Under the pieces are notes generated by a model that had not been told where the DNA came from, made no database searches, and saw only the letters and a list, made by a program, of their open reading frames with translations. The translations under genes and the position numbers were made by a program. A DNA stretch of 64,000 nt from Phaeosaccion multiseriatum. Its lineage: Eukaryota > Protista > Ochrophyta, other classes. Location: positions 4,588,001 through 4,652,000 of the forward strand of contig OZ218950.1 of assembly GCA_965112735.1 (NCBI GenBank), written 5' to 3'. The stretch's first letter is position 1. Each line of letters opens with the position of its first letter. Positions 40,471 to 51,867 of the stretch are shown in pieces.

Positions 40471-41229
40471 GAGTTGGTGATATAGCAACAGCAGCAGTAG
40501 GGGCCACAGAGGCAAGGAGGTCAAAAGAAGGGGGAAAGATGCGCCACACAGCAGGCGTGTGGAGCTTTCTGAAGGGCCGAAGTGATGGGCGGTATCAGAA
40601 ACTGCCACAACAACACGAGCAACCACAACAGGTCGACGATGAAGGTGTGGCATATGTGGAAGATGGGCACGAAAGACGGAATGGGGTGGACGGAGGCCAC
40701 GGGCGAAGTGGGGGTTATGAACAAGTGGTGGGGACAGGAGAGGGGGGAATGGAAATCGAAATGACACAGCAGATGGAAAGTAGTGGATTAGGGAGGAATA
40801 AACACCAATCGGAGCCCGAGGAGAGGGGGGGGGGAAGAGCGTGTGAGGCCAGCGAATGGGCGGACGGGTGGGAGGGAAGAGAAGGGAGGAGTCAGGATCA
40901 GGGTCAGCCGTCGACAGCGAGAGCTGTCGGTGATGGCAGTGAGGGTGGTGGTAGGATTGGTGGTACGAAGGAAAAGGGCGCTTGCGGTAGCGCTTGTTGC
41001 AGCTGCTGCTCGGGAGGCGGGGTGGCGGAAGGTTTTATGCTCGTCCGAAAGTATCACTACCTCAAGGGTGTATTCGCAGTGTCTTCGCTGTTCGAAATCG
41101 AAGCCACCATCCTTGACTACATGCTAAAGGTGAGTGAGTGAGGGGGATGGATGGGCTTGTTGGGGGGGCAGGCGGGAAGCAGAGACAGACACAGAACTAG
41201 AGAGAAAGAGAGAGAGAGAGAAAGAGAGA

Positions 41230-41260
<31 letters not shown>

Positions 41261-42938
41261 GCACAAAGGAAAATAAGAGCCGGGAGATAATCTGACTCTC
41301 TCTGTTTCTCTCTCTCTCTCCCTCCCTCTCTCTCTGGCTGTCTGCCTCCTTCACTCCTCTCTGCCCCTTCACTCTTCTTGACTCTCTCCACTCTTCTGTA
41401 CTCCCTGACCCATGGCGTGACCTGCCCCCCCCTCCCCTTTGATTGCGCCACAGGTCATGGCCGTGACCCGCTTTGCGGAGCGCTTCCCCGACGATCCCGT
41501 TACCGCCACCAAGCACTTTGTGCAGCTCATGGGCAGGTGACTAAGCACGGAAGGAAGGAAGGAAGGAAGGGATGAAGGCATATGGCCAGGCAACCAGGGC
41601 AGGCAGGCAGACAGGCAGGCAGAGAGGGAGGAGGCAAGGAAGGAAGAGGGAAGGAAGGAAGGCAGGAAGGCAGGCAGGCGAAGAGGGTGGACGGCAGACA
41701 GGCAGGTAGGTAGAGCAACCAAGTACTCTTTTGCTATCTCTCTCTCTGCAAATCTCCATTGGTTGGGAGATGTTTGTGAAGAGGCGGACGTGTACGATGC
41801 ACGGGCGTGAAATGTTGCCTTTTGTAACATGTCTGCCTGACTTCTGGCGACACCCCCCTCTTTCCCTTTCTCTCACAGGTTCGGGCAGATCACCAACTCC
41901 GTTAGCCTCGTCTTCAGTGTAGTGGCCACCTCGGCCGTCCTCCGTACCCTCGGACTAAGATGGACGCTGGTCTTGTTTCCGAGTCTGTGTATCTGCGCGG
42001 TGGGGATTGTGGTGGCGCTCCCCGAGCTGCGGGTGGTGTTCGGGGCAATGGTGGCTTTGAAGGCTCTGCAGTACTCGCTCAACAACCCTTGCAAGGAGCT
42101 GCTGTACCAGCCCACCTCCACCGCTGTCAAGTTCAAGGCCAAGAGCCTCATCGATGCGGTAAGTGCATGAATGCACGTGTGCGTGCATGTATTAAGACCA
42201 AATTAACATACGTACATACGTACTGGCCCATACGTACATGTATGCACATGCAAGGGGTAAGGCGTAAGGCGTAAGGTCGGCACCAGCATCGAGGGTTGTC
42301 CTGCACTTTCGTCGAGGGGTGCGGTTAGCGCTGAGGAGGACGAGGAGGAGGAGGACGAGGAGGACGAGGAGGATGAGGAGGAGGAGGAGGAGGAGAAGGA
42401 GGAGGAGGAGGAGGAGGAGGAGGAGGAGGAGGAGGAGGAGGAGGAGGAGGATACGCATGTCAAGAGTGTCGAATCCATATACTGGACACCCCGAGACTGC
42501 AGTCTTCGTTTTTTGGTTGTGGTCCCACGGCCTTGGTTTGTTTGACACGTCCCCCACCCCCCCCCCCGAACGAACGAACTACTCCAGATTGGAAACCGAG
42601 GGAGCAAGGCCGTGGGAGCGGTCATCACGCACCTCTTTACGTCCAACCTAACGGGCTTGGTGGACTACGGGGGAGTGCTTGCCATGGGCATTTCTTCCTC
42701 TCTCGTGGTCGTATCCGTCTTTTTGGGCCGCACTTTTGACTTTTATATGAAGGCGGGCATAGTGCTGGGCCAACAGGACCAGCAGCAGCAGGAGGAGGGG
42801 GGCAAGGGGGAGGAGGTGGCGGAGGAGGTGGAGGAGGTGTTGGTGGTGGGGTTGGAGGAGGAGGGAGTGTACAGCAGTCATTTATCCAATGGGGAGGGGG
42901 TGGAGTTGGATGCAGAAGGAGAAGAGTGTGGAGCATGA
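38876..42938 (+). CDS. Nucleotide (ADP/ATP) transporter, TLC/NTT (AAA) family, multi-exon
   Basis: GGYWLLRSLKDPIF, GVEYIPMGKIISL, SLFWAFVNN..AKASFGLIIAGAQVGSIIGP, TILDYMLK, KALQYSLNNPCKELLYQPTS..KFKAKSLID|IGNRGSKAVG. Confidence 0.85.
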
Positions 42939-43258
42939 CCGACACATCAATAGATTTTTTAGAGCGGAACGGCAAACTGGCGCATTTTTATACCGTCGAC
43001 CGCCGGCCCGGAAAAGGGAGAAGAAAAAGAAATTTGGAATTTTTTGGCAAAGGCGGGAAGAGCAAAATCGCCGACGAGGCAGGCAATCGGAGGGCAGGGG
43101 CGGAGGGCAGAGGGGCGGGCGGGGAGAGGGGCAGGTCAGGAAAGAGGAGAAGACAAAGGCATAGATGGCGATGGCGGGAACAAGGAGGCGAGCAGAGGTT
43201 AGGACAGGAAGGCGCGCGAGTGCAAGCAACCGCAACGAAGTTATCTCCGCCCACTCAC

Positions 43259-44845
43259 CTACAACGATTGTTGTACAGTCACAGCCCGGCAGGGCTGAGC
43301 CCGGGAGGGCTGAGCCCTGCAGGGCTGACTGCTTCCCCGGCTTGACGCCCCAGCTGTTGTTGATTCGTTGCCCGCCCGAGCACATGATGATGAGTGAGGA
43401 CAAGTAAGCAAGCCAGGGAAACTCAGGGGCTGTTTCTTGTTCAGGCAGCAAGCAAGCAAGTAGGCAACACCAATGGCTGGACAGGCAGATGAGCGAGACG
43501 CAGGCAGGGGCGCAATCAGCAACTTACTGGGAAGATGTTGTGGGTGGCGTGGCCTTGGAGTTGGCCATGCCTTTGAGAAGTCGTACAGCCCGAACAGAGT
43601 GATTGTTCGGGCCGCACAAGGGTCGCGCAACAGCGTGGCCTTGCATGTGGGGCAAGTCCACACCTTCTTGGCCCCCACGCACTCGTTGAATGCACCACAG
43701 GCGGTGCATGTCTTGGTGGTGAAGGCCTCGCTGGGCTCAAGCAGCACTAGTGAGCAGGAGGGAGAGGCGATGGCCTGAGCGAGAGGAGTTCGGGCAGCCA
43801 AAGAAGGAAGTCAATGAGAGGAATTGTTAGCTCAGCCACACGAGGGTTGCTGATGGGGACGGAGGTGTCTCAGTCTCAGCGACACCAGCCAGCCAGCCAG
43901 CCCAACACCAAGCCAACAACAAGCAACAGACGCACACACGCACCGTCTTGAGCCGTTGGCGGAATAGACCCATGGAGAGGGCGTCCATGTCCCTCCCCAT
44001 ATCCCTCGGCAGCCCCGAGATCTGGCGGCCCCGCCGGCTGGACCATGCCTGGGCTCGGACAGGAGGCAACACAAAGTGCGTGAAGTTCGCCACGATGAGC
44101 CGTATGGCTATCGTGTGGAGGACGAGCGTCTTGTGGTGCAAGAGCGCCCGCATCTTGGCCGCCTCCAGGCGAAGAGCCCGCGTGTCCTGTCCACTCTGTG
44201 CGCGGGCGGAGGGAGGGAGGGAGGGATTAGAAAGTGACATCAGCCACGACAAGAGACTTGGGCGAGGCACGCATCCTCCTCACCTGCGCTGCCTGCCACA
44301 CCTGGCTCTCCAGCTTCGCTATCCTCCTCTGCAGCGGCCGCATGGAGGCGGAGAAGCCGTGACCCACCCTGAAGAAGCGCCCAGTGTGGGCACACCAGAT
44401 GGACAGGAACGTCCGCACTCCGGGGTCGGCCCCTCCCCATCTTTGCTCGGGGGTTAGCTTTCCAAGATACTCCCTGACCTCGCGCCGGAACTCTGCCGTC
44501 TGCCCCTCCAGGGGATTCAGCACATCCACGTACTTGGTGTTGGCGTGGAGGCCAGAGCGCTGAGGAAGGTCCTCCACACGGAGACCGCGCCACTTTCTGT
44601 CCTGGCCATGCTCTCCTGCCATGTCTCGGTCCAGCTTCCTGATCTTGGCGTCCACGTCCGACAGCTCCTTCTTCTTCTTGCGGCGGCTCCGCCATTCCTT
44701 GACCTGATGTCGGCCAAGAGGGGAAACAAGCCACAAGCCAAAGGAGTTCTTTGAGATGACAAGGTGTCAAGGTACTACTGCTGCTGCTGCTCCTGCTGCT
44801 GCTACTACTGCTGCTACTACTGTTGCTGCTCTGCAGCTATTCCTG

Positions 44846-44886
<41 letters not shown>

Positions 44887-47879
44887 GCTACTCTTAAGAG
44901 TACTTACCCCGAGTTGCTGCAGGTCTCGACGAAGTAGCTTGGCTCTATAACGCAACTCTACCAACTCCTCCATCCGGCCCGCGTCGTCAGCCCCTTCCTC
45001 CCTCCCTCCCTCGCTCCCTCCCTCCCTCCCTCGCTCCCTCGCCCCCTCCCTCCCTCGCTCCCTCGCTCCCTCGCTCCCTCGCTCCCTCCCTCCCTCGCTC
45101 CCTCCCTCTCTTCCTCCCTCTCTCCCTCCCTCCCTCCCTCCCTCCCTCCCTCCCTCTCTTCCTCCCTCTCTCCCTCCCTCCCTCCCTCCCTCCCTCCCTC
45201 TCTCCCTCTCTCTCTCCCTCTCTCTCTCCCTCCCTCGCTCCCTCCCTCGCTCCCTCCCTCGCTCCCCCCCTCCCCCACCCCTCCCTCCCCCCCTCTCCCA
45301 CCCCCACCCGCTCCCCCAGGCCTCTCACGGCGGAGCTTGCAGTACTGCTCCAACTCCTCCTTCTCCCCCCTCTCCCCCCCATGCACTTCCATGTGCGGAA
45401 CAGCTCGTTGGGGTTCCTCAAACTGGAGATGGAGCGATGTACCATGGGCGCAGTCCCCTAGAACGGGCCCCGTCACACAAAGCCACGCTGGCTGCACCGA
45501 CGTCCCCCCATCCGCCTGGTGGGCTGGCTCCCGCCAAAGGCGCCGCGAGGGCTTCCCTGTCTGGTCGAACAGGGTCAGAGTGTGCCCCGCCGTGACGCAC
45601 ACGGTCACCCTCTCGATCCATCGGGCTCCGTTATTGACGAGGATGGCTTCACCCCCTCCAACGGTCACCCCAAAGTTCCGGTACTGCAGCCCAAACTCGC
45701 CCGGGTTGAGGTGCCCACAACACCCTGCCTTGAAGTATTCGGTGCTATGCACCTGCCTCTCCCCACGCTCCACTGCGCCGCGCTCCCCACGGAATCGCCC
45801 AACCCCAACGTGTGTCTGCATCGCGTCGATCTGCCTGTTAACGGATGGGGTGAGAAAGCGCCTCGACGGAGGCTGGAGACAACGCTCTTTGATTGTGTCC
45901 ACAGACGCTTGCTCAGTGCCAAGCTCGGCATGCTGTAGAGCCATGGTAAGGATCTCCGCCGCAGCCTTTGCCCTGCACTTGTCGCCGCCATACACGTAGC
46001 TGAGTGTAGTCTCTGTGTTGGCGAGTGTAGTCTCTCCGACATGTTGTGTGACGACAAGAGCGGCAAGGCGGGCCTCAAACACCGGGCCGCTCGTCAGCCC
46101 CTGCCAACTGTCCTGCCTGGCAAGAGTGGAGTATGCGCTCTGAACTCTCTCCTGCTGCTCCTGAGCCTTCTGCTCAACAGAATGCTCTGGAGGCCCCGGC
46201 TCTTCCTCAGTGGCTCCCCTCCCGACCCCCCTCCCCAGATCGACGCACCACTTCACGAGCCCGCGCGCAGCTTCCAGCACCTGCTTTGCTTCCTCCCCTC
46301 CTCTCGCTGCCATAAAACCAGCAGTTGTTGCAGCGTCCAGCACAAGCTTCCGCTGATCGTCTGTCTCATACTCCGCTGATTGGGCGTATGTTAGGGCCCC
46401 AGAGGCCGCCATGTGCTGGTAGGTCTCACGGTAGTTATCTTGGCCCTCCGGGCCGTGGACTGCCTTGTGAGCCTCCACAGCGAGAATGGCAATCTCTTCC
46501 GCGACAGGTCGTCGTCGGACGACGCTGAGCTTCTTGACCTGTGCCTTGACATCCCCGAGAAGAGTCAAAGGACTTGGGAGCTGCCGTCCAGCCTGCCGTC
46601 CTCGGAACTCCTCTGCCGTGGTGGGCCCTTCCTTGGAGCCGGCGTATTTGTACGTGAGGGAGGGCACAAACTCGGCTCTCGACATGTAGAGGGCCAACTC
46701 ATCTAGAAAGCCCTTTTGCATCTGAGAAGAGGGGCAGGCAAAGGCGTGTGAGTTGGCAGCGTCAGATGCAGCAGGTACAAGAAGAGCCGTGGCACACATG
46801 TTGGAATTCGGACCATCGTCGACATTTGGAGGGGGGTATTCCATTCTAGGCCTCATCTGTCCCTGGTGATATACCAGAGCGTGGGCTCCCTCTCTCCTCC
46901 CTTTCCCCTCCCCTCCCACTCAGCCACTCACCAGCACGCAGCGTCCTCGTCTCCCTTGCGTGATGAAGGAGTAAAGATTGGCCGCAAAAGCTACATGAGC
47001 CTGCTCGCGGATAGGGGGCGGTCGTCCCCTTGTCTCCGACCCCCCGCTCCCGTAGACGGTCATCCAGGGAATCTTCTCCGCCTTTGCAGACTGCAGCAGC
47101 AACTTGGCCTCCTCCACCGCCGCCTCCTCATGCCCTCGATACCTCTCCTGTAACAGGAGCGGCGCCATGAGGCTCCTCAGCTGCGTGTCAAGGCTATCGT
47201 CGGTATGCCACGAAAGAGAGGCCGTCCAAACCCCCCCCCCCTTTCCCCCTAGCTGCTTCGACACCCGCGTCCTCTTGGCACTGACATCAGCGCTTGCTTG
47301 CGAGCTTCCCCCGCGCATCCTCGCCGTGTCCTCCTTCCTCTCCTGCCACCCCTCTTCCTCCTCCCGCTTCTTCTTGGCCTGGCGGTTTTTCTTCTTCTCC
47401 GTCTTGGACGGAGGCCTGGGCAAGCGCTCCTTCTCATGGCCCTTCACCCCCTGCGCCGCCCAAACGCCAAGCACGCCTTGGCATGCCTCACTTGTCGCGC
47501 CAAGCTTCACCAACACCCCCAAGCACGCGTTGAATCGCTTCTTCGCGCCCCCGTAGGTCTGTGGTGACTCCAGGCTAAACTTGCGGGGCAGGCGCAGACC
47601 CTGCAACTCGTCATCGCGCCAGAGCCCCAAGAGTGCTTCAAGTCTCTTAGCCCCGGCCAGAAAGGAGGCACGGTTGGAGCTGCCCCCCGATTTGACCATT
47701 GACACAATGAGGTAGGGATCCATCCGCATCAACTGCTTGATCAACGTGAAGACTTGCTGCGCCTCCTCAGCCGAGTCCTCAGCCGTGAATGAGATTTCAT
47801 TCCCCACGCCCCACCACGGCTCGAGCTTAGCACTAAAGTGCCCCCAGAGTTTGCACAGCTCCGACCAGCAGCTGCCGCC

Positions 47880-47943
<64 letters not shown>

Positions 47944-50900
47944 GGCTCCTTGGCCCTCCCTTGAGCATCAAAAACCTCCCCCTGGATGGTGGTGTCCTCT
48001 CGGTGTTGTAGCATCCCATTGTCCAGGAGGAAGCGAGGAACGCACGCGACCAGATCCTTCAGCAAAGCCATGTCGTTGAAGGCACTCTGTGCCACCCCTC
48101 GACTCGCAGCTCCTCCCCTCAGCACACTCAACAGCGCTGGCTGCTGCTGGACAATCACAGATATTGTACTTCTGCTCTTCTTCTCCTTCGCCTTTCCACC
48201 TGTCTTCCTCTTTGCTGCCGCTTCCTTCTTCCTCTTTGCTGCTGCAGCAGCTGCCGCTTCCTCCTTCCTCTTGTTCTCCTCGGCCATCCGCATAGGGGCA
48301 AGCCGAGCGTTTCGCAACACTGTGGCGCCGGCCTCACCATCATCATCCCCTGTCGGGAGGAAACTATACATGTTGGAGCGGAATTGCTGCATCACCCGCC
48401 GATTCTGCTGCGCCGCCCTCTCGCGCCTTCGTAGCTTGTTCTTCTGCCTGTCCTCCCTCACTTGCGTTGATGCCATAATGGCATCATTCCGCTCCACACC
48501 AGCCCCCGAGACACGGTCGCTAGGGAAGGGCACATTCAACTTGAGGCGCTGGCCGTAGTGCTTCCATTTCTCGGGCTTCTCCGCCGTCAGGACGACCGGC
48601 TTGAAGCCCGAGACTTCGGCACCATCGCGACACAGGGGCATCGACTCCTTCGCCCAGGCACGGGCACACACGTCTGGAATGTGCATCCCCTCCCGAAGAG
48701 CCAACACGTCTTTCCCAACAGCCAACATGGACACCTTCCCTTTGCCCTCCTTGCAGTCCTCGCGAGCCGCGCAAGCCCGACGATGCGCCGCGAGCTGCAT
48801 AGGTCTCCTAGTCTGGCGCAAATAACGCCATGGGTCGGCGGCAAGCTTGAGGAGGAGGCACCGAAGCAGCAGGTCTTGCTTGTCTCCCTCCGCCGTCGGC
48901 TCCACCAGGACAATAAGAGTGGTGTTATGCCACGTTCGCCAGTGACCTTGACCCCCCGCGAAAGTGGCTAACACGTTCTTGTTCTCGAGCACCACCTTGA
49001 CCCTCCTCAAGCGCGGAAGCAGGTTGGAGCAGAAGAGGCTATCCTCTTTGACCTGACCATGCCAAGCGAGAAGAAGGTTGAAGAAAAGGTAAGGGGTGGA
49101 TTCTGCATCGGCTCCGTCGTGTCTGCCTGCCTGCCCATATGCCTGCCTGCCTGCCCATATGCCTGCCCATATGCCTGCCTGCCTGCCTGCCTGCCTCCCT
49201 CTCTGCCTGCCCATATGCCTCTCTGCCTGCCTGCCCATATGCCTGCCCATATGCCTGCCCATATGCCTGCCTGCCTGCCTGCCTGCCCATATGCCCCTGT
49301 TCCAGCCGTGCCCTTCGCTCAAATCAAATGCTCACCTCAAGGCCAGCGTCCGTGAGGATGCTCCTCCCCTCCCCCAGGACAGGGCGGGAGTCGCCAACGA
49401 AGATGACGCTGCAGTTCAGGCGTCCTTGTCTCGTCCGCTCTGCCAGTAGCCGGGCACAACCGATGCAGGGGAGGGTCGAGATGACCAGTATGAGCTCATC
49501 CTCACCAGTCCACCCGTGCCGCTTCTCAATGCACTCGAGTAGCTCCGGCTCGGCATGAGCACCTACAGTGACTCCGTGCAAACAGCTGGACACATCAGCT
49601 CTGGCCGGTCCACTCCGTCTTGCCACAAGCCACTCCTCTCTGGTGACGTTGTAGGCCCCCGCTGCTATGGCACTGTGGTTCTGCCCCGGTTCCTTCGCCT
49701 TCACAGCCTCAGAATACACACGCCTGGACAGATCCACCACACCGTCCTTCCACGGAACCTTCTCATCCAGCACCGTCGGACGCAGTTCCCGCCCCCCGCC
49801 CTCCTCCTGCTGCTGCTCCTGCTGCTGCTGCTGCTGCTGCTCCTGCTCCTGCTCCTGCTGCTGCTGCTGCTCCTGCTGCTGCTCAGGCGCGGACACGTCA
49901 GGCCTCGAAAGCAGCGTCGGCCCCCCGCGCTTCTTGCTCTTGTTCTTCTCTCTCTGCTGCTGCTGCTGCTGCTGCGGCGGCTCCTGCTGCTGCTGCTGCT
50001 GCGGCTGCTGCTCCTGAGGCGGGGGTAGGTCGGCCGCACACCAGGCATCCACAGCGCTGTTGGGCACCACGAGCACCTCGAACAGCAGATTGTTGTGCCT
50101 GCCTCTCATAAGGGCAATGCACTTGCGCTTGTCTGTATCCACCCCCCCGCCCAGGCCCTCCCAGAGGGCGTCGGCCATCTCCTTGCCCTACTCCTCACCG
50201 AGCATGGTGAACGACTCGACTCGATCGTTGCCCCCAGGTGCCTCAAAATCAGAGAGAGTCACACACTTTCCGTCGTCTCCAGTCTCCATCTCGCCGACCA
50301 GGACAATTCGTAGCCTCACTTCTGCCGCCTTGGTCGATCGGCACTCCGGAATAAGGAGCATGCCGCTCCCCTGGCCCAGAAACTCAGAGTGTTGGTGAGC
50401 AAACTTCTTGACCTTGTGGTACAGAGGGGTCAAGAGCACAGACAGGCAACGCTGGTCTACCTCCAGCCGGGCATAGGTCTGACGCACATCATGTGGCCGT
50501 GTCGTCGTCGCTCGCGTTCTCGCCTTGGCTCGACTGCGCTTCCTCGGCCTTGTCGAGAACGCGCCGGGGAAGAAAGGACTAAGCGCCTTTATAGCTGACC
50601 GAACGCCAGCCTTTTGCCCCTCAGCCTTCTCTGCGGCCCTCTATGACAAGAAGATACGACAAGAAGACAATAGGAGCGGAGAGGGAGGCGGCCAAAGGGT
50701 GAGCGAGGGGGTGCTTGGCATGTTGGAATCCGGAATGTAATTGTCAGGTGGGGGGAAAGTAGCATTCACAATTTTCTTACCTCCTCTTTCGCACGAGCCT
50801 TCCGCTTCTCCTCTGCTTCGCGCGCCTTGCGCCAAGCCTTGACGGCATCAGAGTCCTCCCCCCCCTTGTCCCCCAACCAACTCTTGAAGCAGTCCGCCTT

Positions 50901-51491
50901 CCAGGTCCTGCTTTGTGTGGGGCTCTTGTTGAGTTTTCTTTTGTTTTCGGCCTCCTTTATCCTCGTCCTCCCCTCCGGCGATCGGTCGAAGAGTGTGCGA
51001 AGCGAGATGGTCTGGCCTGCGCCTTGACCGTTCTTGGCCTGCAACAGAGAGAGGGAGAGAGGGGAGAGGATAAAATCTCAGTGGGAAAAGGCGTGGAACC
51101 GTGAGAGTATCGATGAATTCCTCACCTTTCCTTTCGCATTGGTGGGGGCCTTCTTCCCTTTCCCTCGCCCCGCAGACCCCGTCGCTGCCTTTGCCGGGCC
51201 CACCTTGCCGTCCCCTCCCCCGGCAGATCCCTTCACTCTGCTTTTTGCTGGGGCCTCCTTGCCCTTCGTCCCGGCCCGCCCTCCTGCTGATGCGCCCTGT
51301 GCCCGCCCCGCCGTCCTTGGTGCGTTTCGATTGGAACGGCCCTGTCCCCCCCGCACCTTGCGTCCTTTTCGCCTACGGCCCTGCTCCTCCCACTCCTCCT
51401 CCTCCTCCTCCTCCTCCTCCTTCTCCTCCTCCTCCTCCCACTCCTCCTCCTCCTCCCCACCCCAAACACCGTTTTCCCCCTCTACCTCCAT
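43259..51491 (-). CDS. Giant (~2,250 aa) deaminase - Fanzor2 (TnpB-like RuvC) fusion protein, 10-exon model
   Basis: Exons 51491-51126, 51038-50781, 50640-50199, 50132-49336, 49052-46932, 46862-45329, 44957-44908, 44703-44284, 44195-43944 and 43774-43259. All introns are GT..AG and phase-compatible. Confidence 0.62.
43282..43327. repeat. Three tandem 15-bp palindromic units AGCCC(NNNN)GGGCTG
   Basis: agcccggcagggctg / agcccgggagggctg / agccctgcagggctg, downstream of the RuvC-III. Confidence 0.85.
43550..44703 (-). other. Fanzor2 / IS607-TnpB-type RuvC nuclease domain + zinc finger (3 exons)
   Basis: RuvC-I GADPGVRTFLSIW (Asp 44425-44427). Bridge-helix region LHTIAIRLIVANFTHFVLPP..MDALSMGLFRQRLK. 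Shifted RuvC-II SEAFTTKTC (Glu 43727-43729). CTACG..VWTCPTC zinc finger. RuvC-III LRDPCAARTI (Asp 43622-43624). Confidence 0.92.
49336..49720 (-). other. Zn-dependent cytidine/adenosine deaminase domain (CDA fold; TadA/RibD/dCMP-deaminase-like)
   Basis: HAE (49549-49557), LILVISTLPCIGC (PCIGC 49456-49470) and GRSILTDAGLE|V terminal motif. Confidence 0.85.
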
Positions 51492-51708
51492 GGCTTGGGG
51501 GCGTCCATAAGCAGGCCCACTCCCTCCCTGTGACAGTCGGGGGGGGGGGGGGGGGGCTGTGTGCGTGAGATAAAAGGGAGGGCAGAAATGAGAGAGGGAG
51601 AGAGAGAGAGAGAGAGGACAGAACGAGAGGAGAGAGAGGAAAGAGAAGAGATAGAACAGAGGAGAGAGGATAGAACGAAAGCAGTTACAAAGCTGGGAAA
51701 AGGGTCCA

Positions 51709-51845
51709 ATCTGAGTTAGTTGGGAGGCAAATCTGATGTAAGTGGGGGGGCAAAACTGAGTTAGCCTCCGCTTTTGTCATGGCCTCATCCGAAGGTGGCA
51801 AAACTGAGTTAGGACTGAGTTATCCTGAGTTAGGACTGAGTTAGG
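51709..51845. repeat. Cluster of CTGAGTTAG motifs (about 6-7 copies; GGCAAAACTGAGTTAG twice)
   Basis: Read directly; lies just inside the right inverted repeat. Confidence 0.85.
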
Positions 51846-51867
51846 GGCGTTTGGTGATACACAAAAA

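Noticed and set aside
43259-43330. Helitron 3' hairpin-CTRR end
   Set aside because: Hairpins are present, but there is no correctly placed CTRR terminus and no Rep/helicase gene in the window.
50188-50190. In-frame TAG upstream of the deaminase as evidence of a pseudogene or alternative genetic code
   Set aside because: It can be removed by a phase-compatible 66-nt GT-AG intron (50198-50133), and other genes here use TAG as a normal stop. A nonsense mutation is not excluded.
51709-51845. CRISPR-like array next to the TnpB-like gene
   Set aside because: The repeats are only 9-16 bp with irregular 2-35 bp gaps and no unique spacers of constant length. They are better read as subterminal repeats.
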